A stretch of 64,000 nucleotides of DNA, from contig BEHE01000008.1 in assembly GCA_002898395.1 (NCBI GenBank), positions 1 to 64,000 of the forward strand, in the 5' to 3' direction. Shown here in pieces: positions 1 through 7,525 of this stretch. Every line of letters starts with the position of its first letter. Within the stretch, counting starts at the first letter, position 1. Source of the DNA: Candidatus Calditenuaceae archaeon HR02. Lineage in GTDB: Archaea; Thermoproteota; Nitrososphaeria_A; Caldarchaeales; Calditenuaceae. The notes under the pieces are model-generated. The model ran no database searches, had not been told where the DNA came from, and saw nothing but the letters and a program-made list of their open reading frames with translations. The translations under genes and the position numbers were made by a program.

Positions 1-429
1 TGAGACCTGCTAGATAGGGGATTACAGCATACGCCTTCTCCAATGGAGAATAGTTGTGGAACCTGAACAGGGAAGAGATCCTTCCGATCAGGTAATCCAG
101 GACGTGCACGAAGGATTTAGGACGGGCAAGGCCATAGTCCCTTCTCAGAAAAGCTTAAGTAAAAGTTGACAGTGCCAGAGACACTACCCTTAGATTAAAA
201 TAGATGTCCTCTATGGAGACCATCCTATAATCTAGTACGCTCCCAAACCATTCCATAAAAGTAGCTCCGCACCGCCTCTTATGAAGATCCAAACCTCAGA
301 TATAACATGTCCTCAGCCACGATGCATCCCGCTCAAATCATCCATCGAGATCCAGGACCCTCCGATTAAGTCGAGGGGTATCACGTTATCTAGCTTAGGT
401 TTATTAGGTTCTTAGGTACTTTTGTTCTT

Positions 430-690
430 GTGGACGATAAGGAGGTTTTGAAGATAGAGATTTCTAAGCCTATCGCGGAGAAGTTTCGGCGCTGGGTTGC
501 TGAGAGGTATGGGATGAGGCGGGGGGCTCTTTCTAGGGCTGTCGAGGATTTGATTGCTAAGGCTGTTGGTGAGTCTGGAGTGGGGGGAGTGGAAGCCATA
601 GTTGGAATTGGGCTGCTCTCGGATTATAGTTGGCAGGGAGAAGACCTATGTGAGGCCTTGAGGGCCAGGCATGTATCTGATAGACGCTAA
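430..690 (+). CDS. Putative VapB-type antitoxin (ribbon-helix-helix-like)
   Basis: Small protein with an RHH-like N-terminus (VLKIEISKPIAEKFR...ALSRAVEDLI); it overlaps the start of the downstream PIN toxin. Confidence 0.7.
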   Translation: MDDKEVLKIEISKPIAEKFRRWVAERYGMRRGALSRAVEDLIAKAVGESGVGGVEAIVGIGLLSDYSWQGEDLCEALRARHVSDRR

Positions 691-1051
691 CGTAATCCTA
701 GAAGTTCTATACAAGCGAGAAAGATGGCAGCAGACAGCTAGTTTTCTCGAGAGAGTAAAGAAAGGAGAGGAAACAGCATATATTCTACACTTCACCGTAC
801 ACGCTATTTCAGCTATATTGGGGGAGCCGGAGCTGGTCTCAAAGCTTATCATAGAAATATCATCATGGCGGGGGCTTGGGATTATCTCAACAAGTTTAGA
901 CGAGGAACTAGCAGCAGCTGAAAAAGCAATCCGTATCGGGCTTGACTTTGACGACGGACTCCACTACTACGCCGCTAAGAAGAGAGGGTTAACGATAATC
1001 AGCTACGACAGGGACTTTGACAACACAGACATAAAAAGGTTAGAGCCGTGA
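671..1051 (+). CDS. vapC: VapC-family PIN-domain toxin
   Basis: PIN motifs YLIDANVILE, LDFDDGLHY and IISYDRDFD; 126 aa. Confidence 0.9.
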   Translation: MYLIDANVILEVLYKRERWQQTASFLERVKKGEETAYILHFTVHAISAILGEPELVSKLIIEISSWRGLGIISTSLDEELAAAEKAIRIGLDFDDGLHYYAAKKRGLTIISYDRDFDNTDIKRLEP

Positions 1052-1267
1052 AAAGAACCTTACGCTCTTCTGTAGATCTTCATTAACAACGTGGATTATG
1101 ATGACTATATGCGCGAGTCCGCTAAGCAGACGTACAGAGACACAAAAACCGATCATGAACCAAGCTTAAAACTTCTATGATGGCAAACATGTTTACATAG
1201 CAGAAGGCAGGACTGAATAACAACAGTTGAGGGAGATAACTGGGCCGATAACCAAAGCTATTAAGGA

Positions 1268-1560
1268 GGCAAAAAGGGAAGAAAGGGGATAACGCAACTC
1301 ATAGGCCCAGTCTATTCTTCTACGACGCCGTGGTCGTGGCCTGCAGGAGGCTTCTCCGAGAGGGTGAAGGCTGAAATACACCATCCAAGACTCCTCTTCA
1401 TAGGCACGCTGGGACACGCGACCTTCGCGATTCCCAGGAAAAGGGGAGAGTAGGTTGCTGACATGGCTATACTGGTTATTAACGTGATGCAGTGGGTCTA
1501 GAGCAGAAAGTCGAGGGTATAGAGAGGATTTTGTATGCACATGCCGGTATTGGCAGTATC
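1268..1560 (+). pseudogene. Degraded fragment of translation initiation factor aIF5B/IF-2 G domain
   Basis: Manual translation gives GITQLIG (~1286-1306) and PRLLFIGTLGHATFAIPRKRGE*VADMAILVIN (~1385-1483), matching aIF5B GITQHIG and PGLLFIDTPGHEAFxNLRxRGGSVADIAILVID; frameshifts and stops present; boundaries approximate. Confidence 0.7.
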
Positions 1561-1576
1561 AGGTCTGCTTAGATTT

Positions 1577-2896
1577 TTAGTGATGCTTGGATACACTTTT
1601 TATTTTATCTAAGATTTGTGGCTGGGCTTCGCGTGATTCTTGGATAATTTTCTCCTCATCGAGTGTGAGGACTTTTCTGTTACGCATGAGTATTCTGCCG
1701 TCTACTATTAGGTCTGTGACGTCCTCTCCTGTTGCGTAGAGGGGTAGGAGGGTTGGGTCGTGGAGTGGCATGAGGTGGGGCCTGCGAATGTCTACTATCG
1801 TTATATCAGCCACGTGGTCCTCTTTAATTCTGCCGAGCCCGTCTCCAAACATTTTTGCTCCATTGTAAGTCGCCATTCTTAATGCTGTTAGAGGCGCTAT
1901 GATATTGAAGTCGTGGTATGGTGTGCCGTAGTATCCTGTGAGGCCGCTAATCATGACGTTCATCTCAAGGAATAGGTCTAGGGGCCTGTAGCTACCACCA
2001 TCGCTTCCAAGCGCCACATTCACTCCAGCCGCAACTAGCTCTGGGATCCTTGGAAAATTCATGTAGAGCATAGAGATTGTTGGGCAGTGCACGACAGTGG
2101 CTCCTGTTTGTGAGAGCTGCTGTATCTCTAGACTGGTGAGGAATGCGCAGTGAGCCGCTACAACCTTGCTGTTCAAGTATCCTTTGTTGTGGAGGAATTC
2201 AATCGGCCTCAAACCCCACCTACTGAGGCTGTGCTGAATCTCCGAGACCTCCTCACTTAGGTGCATATGGACTAGAGCGTCATCCTCCCGCGAATATCTG
2301 AAAGTCTCGTCTATCTGGATGTCTGTGGAGGTCATTATCTGTCTGATTGAATAGCACCCCCTAACTCGTCCTTTCCCGTACTTCAGCACCAGTTCCCTAT
2401 TCATCCGGGCTGTCCGCCGATAATTCTCGGGGCCTGCATCCATTGTTGAGTGTGTCACCAGTCCGCGTAGGCCCGCCTCAGTAGCCACTTTTGCCAGTAT
2501 TTCTGGATATGGGCCGCCAGCATCAGCGAAGGCCGTAATTCCCTTCTTAATCATGTTTATGCAGGCAAGCTCTGCGCTTATCCTTGCCTCCTCACGTGTT
2601 AGTTCAGCCTCGAATGGAATGAGGACTCTAAGCCAGACAGGGTGGGTCTGAAGCTCTCTTAGGGAGAGGGCCCCCCTGAGAAATATCTGGAATACATGTG
2701 TGTGAGCGTCTACGAGACCCGGGATGGCTATCTTCCCCTCCCCCTCAATCTCCTCAGCAGCGTCCATTTTAATTTCGCTACCTATTTTGGCTATTTTTCC
2801 GCCCCTTATCGCTATGTCTACATCGTGGAGTACTTTTGAGTCTGCAGGGTCGAGTACTATTATTTTCCGTATCAGTATGTCGGCCTCTTCTCTCAT
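1577..2896 (-). CDS. Metal-dependent amidohydrolase (MTA/SAH or purine nucleoside deaminase family)
   Basis: PGLVDAHTH, HMHLSE, AHC and LGSDG amidohydrolase motifs; translationally coupled to a BMP-family binding protein. Confidence 0.85.
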   Translation of the reverse strand: MREEADILIRKIIVLDPADSKVLHDVDIAIRGGKIAKIGSEIKMDAAEEIEGEGKIAIPGLVDAHTHVFQIFLRGALSLRELQTHPVWLRVLIPFEAELTREEARISAELACINMIKKGITAFADAGGPYPEILAKVATEAGLRGLVTHSTMDAGPENYRRTARMNRELVLKYGKGRVRGCYSIRQIMTSTDIQIDETFRYSREDDALVHMHLSEEVSEIQHSLSRWGLRPIEFLHNKGYLNSKVVAAHCAFLTSLEIQQLSQTGATVVHCPTISMLYMNFPRIPELVAAGVNVALGSDGGSYRPLDLFLEMNVMISGLTGYYGTPYHDFNIIAPLTALRMATYNGAKMFGDGLGRIKEDHVADITIVDIRRPHLMPLHDPTLLPLYATGEDVTDLIVDGRILMRNRKVLTLDEEKIIQESREAQPQILDKIKSVSKHH

Positions 2897-4182
2897 GTCT
2901 CTGCCGCGTACTCTACTGTCCAGTCCATGTTCATAAGCATGGTTCGGTTTGCTCGCTCACCCACTCCTATTCTCTCAACACCCTTTGAGTCCCTGATAGG
3001 CTCACCCATGTTCCCCTCACTGCTTATCGGCTCGAAGATACCCTCCTTCATCTCCTCATACCTTTTTCTTATGAGAAGCTGCATATCCTCCGGAACAGCA
3101 GGGTTGAGTGGCGCCATGTATACCGCCCCCTCGGGACTGCCGAGTGTGCTCTGCTCAGGAGGCTTAGCCCATCTTGAGGGTGTGAAGTCACCCAGCTTCG
3201 CCCATATGTCTACGGACTGCCACGTGTCTGTCAGCACCATCTTGTAAAACTCGAGATAGAGCGCCCCCCAGTTAACTATATGGCCGGTCAAATGCGAGTT
3301 GGGGCCAAATCTCGTCATGTCAGTGTAGTGGCTGAAACACCAGGTGCGCCGCCCCTTCTGTGTTGTGTATTCCTCCGCTACTTGGAGAGCAGTTGGCGAG
3401 TCCTCGGAGGATGAAATGACATCGGCATCTATCGTGTCTATTAGCGAGATGACAGCGTCTCGAGCCTTTGTTGGGTCGAACCAAGTGTTAAGCCAGACGA
3501 TCCTCGCAGTAATCTCCTTGCCTGTCCTCTTCTTATAGGCGTATCGAGCCCCGAGTATGAAGGAGTTGATGAGCCTATTAATTACTGGGACAGGGAATGT
3601 GGCTACAACTCCGACTGCTCCTGTTTTTGTAACAGCGCCGGCAGCCAGACCTTCGAGATAATAGATCTGGTATGTGTTGATGTCTCCTACAGACATGTTA
3701 TCCGGGGCGTTCCCCAGTGCTCCGGCCCTGAAGCCGTTTATGTGGACGAAGTATTTTTCAGGGTATTCGGCGGCGAGCTCAGCCATTGGGTCCATGTAGC
3801 CGAAGCTAGTCCCGACCACTAGGTCAACTCCCTCAACCTCTATGAGGCTTTTCATAGCGCCCTTAACATCTGCGTCGCCAACCCCTTCGATGTATACGCT
3901 CTCAACCCCTTTGACGCGGCTGTCGGCCCATCTTCTTCCCTGGTCGTGAGAATATGACCAGCCGAAATCCTTCGCAGGGCCTATGTACACGTAGCCCGCC
4001 TTTATCTTCCTTTCTACTTGTTTTGTTAGAGTGACCTCCCGCTCAATCGTTGTAACCCTCCCTCCGCCCGTTGATGCATAGGTACTGAGTGAGCCAGCTA
4101 TGCCACCCAGGACCAGCCCACCTACAAGCGCTTTGCCTACGGATCCTAGGAAGCCCCGTCTAGATCCAGTTTTTGAGCTCAC
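2893..4182 (-). CDS. BMP-family (nucleoside/purine) ABC substrate-binding protein with Tat signal
   Basis: SRRGFL twin-arginine signal; GPAKDFGWSYSHDQG, GTSFGY and WFDP motifs of the BMP/PnrA family. Confidence 0.85.
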   Translation of the reverse strand: MSSKTGSRRGFLGSVGKALVGGLVLGGIAGSLSTYASTGGGRVTTIEREVTLTKQVERKIKAGYVYIGPAKDFGWSYSHDQGRRWADSRVKGVESVYIEGVGDADVKGAMKSLIEVEGVDLVVGTSFGYMDPMAELAAEYPEKYFVHINGFRAGALGNAPDNMSVGDINTYQIYYLEGLAAGAVTKTGAVGVVATFPVPVINRLINSFILGARYAYKKRTGKEITARIVWLNTWFDPTKARDAVISLIDTIDADVISSSEDSPTALQVAEEYTTQKGRRTWCFSHYTDMTRFGPNSHLTGHIVNWGALYLEFYKMVLTDTWQSVDIWAKLGDFTPSRWAKPPEQSTLGSPEGAVYMAPLNPAVPEDMQLLIRKRYEEMKEGIFEPISSEGNMGEPIRDSKGVERIGVGERANRTMLMNMDWTVEYAAET

Positions 4183-4262
4183 GAGCTTTCATATCCAAGT
4201 CGGAATAAATATGAGAGGTGCAGGGTAGCATAAAATTTGCATGCCTAAATCAAGTCTCAAAG

Positions 4263-5111
4263 TTAAAGATAGTGGACGGCAAAGGCGGAGGCCAGTGCAA
4301 GTACTAGTGGTATTGTGAGCCCCGGGACAGTGTCCCACTTTTTTAGCAGCTGAAGGGTTAAATAATATCCTATCATGATTGCGAGATTTGACGCAATAGC
4401 TGGGATTAATCCCAGCCTAAAAAAGGCTGCCGTGACCGTGATTGTGTAGAAGAGTAGGTCTCCTAGGCCAAGGTTAACGTTACCCACCTCAACCACTAAT
4501 CCCCTGAGCAAATGTATTCTGTCGCGATATTGTTCTTGGCTTAGGAGGGATAGGTAGCCCTTCTTAACCATTACGATATCGAAGACCGCGAGAGACGCCG
4601 TTAGGGCTATGAATGTGAACAATGGTATCATGTATCCTATGATCGTTCCCCCAGCCGCTGCCGTGACACTGGCCGCGGTTAAAGCGGCAGGGCCTGAAAC
4701 CCTCCTTACAAGAAATGCTAGGAAAGTTGAGACCAACAGGGCGACGACAACGATAACACTTTCCGGTAGAATAACGGATAGCCGTCCGATGTATCCCAAG
4801 TGTACTAGAAGGGTTAGGAAGGCTACTATCCAGAAGGCTCCGATTGAGATCAGTGATATCAGTTTGGGAAATTTTTTGAAGATGATGAATAAGGTGAAGC
4901 CGGAGATGGCTATGACAGAGAGTAGTGTCAGGGTATTGAGATATGGAGCGGGTGAGCTCGCCGGCGCCTCAACTGGTTCCTCAACCACTACAACCGGAGC
5001 AACAGGCTCTATCTCAACCCCGCCATGGAATAGGTTCAGGATAAAGAGCCAAAGAATCGCCGTGAGGATTATCGGCGGCAGCGCCTCGGGGCCCAGCATC
5101 CTCAATCTCAA
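4263..5111 (-). CDS. Presenilin/SPP-family intramembrane aspartyl protease
   Basis: About 9 TM segments with the first catalytic Asp (AVFD), LGLGD and a PAL-like PGL motif. Confidence 0.85.
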   Translation of the reverse strand: MRLRMLGPEALPPIILTAILWLFILNLFHGGVEIEPVAPVVVVEEPVEAPASSPAPYLNTLTLLSVIAISGFTLFIIFKKFPKLISLISIGAFWIVAFLTLLVHLGYIGRLSVILPESVIVVVALLVSTFLAFLVRRVSGPAALTAASVTAAAGGTIIGYMIPLFTFIALTASLAVFDIVMVKKGYLSLLSQEQYRDRIHLLRGLVVEVGNVNLGLGDLLFYTITVTAAFFRLGLIPAIASNLAIMIGYYLTLQLLKKWDTVPGLTIPLVLALASAFAVHYL

Positions 5112-5147
5112 GTCTGAGAATATTCTTATAGGGGTATAATTATAGAT

Positions 5148-5522
5148 TTGTGTAAATTGAAGTATAGGTTGATGGATATTCTGGCCTGTCCAATGTGCAG
5201 GAACTTCCCATTAAGGCTGATCGTCTTTAGTAGAGACTCTAGATACAGTGTCAAAGAGACTATGAGGTGTGAGCTGTACTGTTCTTATCACGACGGACTA
5301 ATTGAGCAATTAAAAGAGACTAATTGTAAAGAATGTTACTCCTTCGAGATAACAGACGGGCTTCTTATTTGTCAGAGGTGTGGAAGGTGGTATGCGATTA
5401 TCGACGAGATACCTATCATGCTCCCAGACAATTTCAGGGATAGGAAGCGTGAAAGAGAGTTCGTTGAGAGGTGGGGTGATAAAATACCACCCGAAATATT
5501 AAAGACCCTCTCTATGGAATAG
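5148..5522 (+). CDS. Trm112-family methyltransferase activator
   Basis: LMDILACPMC...GLLICQRCGRWYAIIDEIPIMLP, with a TACK-type Cys-rich insert. Confidence 0.9.
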   Translation: MCKLKYRLMDILACPMCRNFPLRLIVFSRDSRYSVKETMRCELYCSYHDGLIEQLKETNCKECYSFEITDGLLICQRCGRWYAIIDEIPIMLPDNFRDRKREREFVERWGDKIPPEILKTLSME

Positions 5523-5537
5523 AGGGTTGGCTGACAC

Positions 5538-6467
5538 TTGCAGGTTGACGTCCTAGTCCATGGCTCCGACCTATCCGCCGCTCTAATCTGGTATGAGCTT
5601 AGTCGGGGGGGATTTAATGTGATTCTAGCCCATAGGTCGATGCGAGTCTCAGAGCGGTTAGCTTATATTCCATTTACAACAGATTGGGCTAGATATATCA
5701 AGTGGTTGGGTGTAGACGAGTTTTCCGAGGAACATAGAATCCTTCTTAAGACTTCAGAGAGTTTTTGTGGGAGATTTTCCCCAACCATTAGGGTCTGTAT
5801 TGGGGATGCTAGAAGGTTATCTGAACGATTGTTTTCGGTTGGTGAAGGTAGGGCGGAGCATTGGTGTAAGGATGTGAGATGGTGGAAGAATGACGAGGAC
5901 GTGGAGTATGTAGTCTTGACTAGGGCAGGCGAAGAACTCAAAGGCATAGCCAAATTGTTGATAGATACAGAATATGGTAAAGTGACAGGTGGAGGAATTG
6001 TTATCTATACTTCCTTGTCAACGGCGGGAAATGCGATCCTAAACCTCTCTGAACCATCCATCCATCTCACAGTCCCCCACAGCGGGCTTGAGACACACAT
6101 CCAAGTGGGTGAAGAAATTGGGAGCATCACTGGCCTATGCCGAGCTACGCTACCACTTGGCAAGGGCGTCGAATTGGGTGTAATGCCCCTGCTCTATGCT
6201 GGGATACGAAGCGGTTTAGTGACTCCTCCCTGGATAGGAGACTGCTTAGCCGCATCAGCCCTAGTCAGTGTCAAGATAGTTGAGAATTGGATGGGAGGGA
6301 GCGACCTCAGCCAGAACATATTATCCTATCTGACAGAGCTAACTGCGCGGTCTAACATGTTCCTCGACATTTTAAGGAGGGCGGCTAGTGGCCAGATAAA
6401 GGAGCTTGAGCTGACCTATCTATTTGAGGGGTTGAGGCCGCCGCCCCACCCTAGTTGTAGACTTTAA
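5538..6467 (+). CDS. Hypothetical protein, degenerate FAD-oxidoreductase-like
   Basis: N-terminal DVLVHGSDLSAALIWYELSRGGFNVIL resembles a Rossmann beta-alpha-beta without the GxGxxG motif. Confidence 0.4.
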   Translation: MQVDVLVHGSDLSAALIWYELSRGGFNVILAHRSMRVSERLAYIPFTTDWARYIKWLGVDEFSEEHRILLKTSESFCGRFSPTIRVCIGDARRLSERLFSVGEGRAEHWCKDVRWWKNDEDVEYVVLTRAGEELKGIAKLLIDTEYGKVTGGGIVIYTSLSTAGNAILNLSEPSIHLTVPHSGLETHIQVGEEIGSITGLCRATLPLGKGVELGVMPLLYAGIRSGLVTPPWIGDCLAASALVSVKIVENWMGGSDLSQNILSYLTELTARSNMFLDILRRAASGQIKELELTYLFEGLRPPPHPSCRL

Positions 6468-6615
6468 ACCCGAGTAGCGGGGCAACCTCGTTTATGCATC
6501 GTCTACATATGTAAAGTTTATACTTTCTGATAACTCCTACGCTGGTACCACAACGCCTACAGGTCGCCACACCCTTACCGAACTCCCGCTTCTTCATCGG
6601 CCGGATCTTAGCCAC
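6451..6615 (-). CDS. rps14: 30S ribosomal protein S14 (zinc-type, uS14)
   Basis: GKGVATCRRCG...IRKYKLYICRRCINEVAPLLGFK; GTG start at 6615 is probable. Confidence 0.92.
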   Translation of the reverse strand: MAKIRPMKKREFGKGVATCRRCGTSVGVIRKYKLYICRRCINEVAPLLGFKVYN

Positions 6616-6692
6616 GGACAAAAGATTGCACACGGCGATATTTATGCTTGATAAAGCATGGGCCAGCCCATCTATTATACAGACCGTGCAAG

Positions 6693-7397
6693 CTATGAGA
6701 TGAGGCTTACCAATCCTCTGAGGGCAAAGGCTATTACCGCCATTCTCTCCAGTATCTCTTCACTAATCTTTCCCCTTACTCTCCTTGCTATACAAAGAGT
6801 GCATTGTGCTGGAGCGGTCAAGAGAAGGATATAAAGCGCGTCCGCCTCGTGTAGTGGTACAAAAAGCCCTATGACAAGTATCTTAGGCAATGAGGTGGTC
6901 AACAGCTGTAAAGTTCTTGAGCGCTGAATTACACTCGGATATAGGTTTAGCAGCCATCCACTCCTGTACAAGGCAACGCAAGACGAACTATGTGAGGGGG
7001 GTGATGCATCTCCCTTTCCTGCGTTCCAGCGCGTGGCGAGGAATAAGGCAAGAATCAGGTTCAGAGCTACTATCAAATGCTTCTCATAGCGTGTCTCTAG
7101 AGAGCCTATGCTCGCAGCACTGACCAGTAAAGTGTTTAATAGTTTCAGCCCAGAGAATGTAGCATCTTTTGCGGAGCATTTTTCCCAAGATTTCCCTATT
7201 GGGAATATTTTTCCACCCACTTCAAGAAGGACATCTGAGAGGAGGGAGATTGAGTAACCCTGCCGGGGACCTACACCTGTTATGAGAAGCGTCTTAAATG
7301 CAAGACTGCTCCAGCCCAGCCCTATAAACCCATATAGCAGACCAGAGATAGCTCCCACAAGTGATATTGTTAACTCGGACTGGGGCAAGGTTACCAT
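6693..7397 (-). CDS. Membrane protein, divergent TauE/SafE (TSUP)-like
   Basis: Hydrophobic; N-terminal GAISGLLYGFIGLG resembles the TSUP GxxxGxxGxG motif; the rest is divergent. Confidence 0.4.
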   Translation of the reverse strand: MVTLPQSELTISLVGAISGLLYGFIGLGWSSLAFKTLLITGVGPRQGYSISLLSDVLLEVGGKIFPIGKSWEKCSAKDATFSGLKLLNTLLVSAASIGSLETRYEKHLIVALNLILALFLATRWNAGKGDASPPSHSSSCVALYRSGWLLNLYPSVIQRSRTLQLLTTSLPKILVIGLFVPLHEADALYILLLTAPAQCTLCIARRVRGKISEEILERMAVIAFALRGLVSLIS

Positions 7398-7485
7398 GTA
7401 AATAGGCTATTGGGTGAGATATATCATATTTTCTCGTATATAGACTATATAGAAACACTTAGAAAACCATGTCAAGAATTCCAAC

Positions 7486-7492
7486 TTAAATA
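7486..7492 (+). promoter_or_regulatory. Probable TATA box of rtcB
   Basis: TTAAATA ending about 33 nt upstream of the ATG at 7526. Confidence 0.45.
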
Positions 7493-7525
7493 AGACAACC
7501 GAGCATTCTACGTCAGGATTCCAGA

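Noticed and set aside
1-390. Possible gene remnant at the window start
   Set aside because: No long ORF or motif that I could identify with confidence.
1193-1540. 115-aa minus-strand ORF
   Set aside because: It is the antisense shadow of the decayed aIF5B fragment on the + strand.
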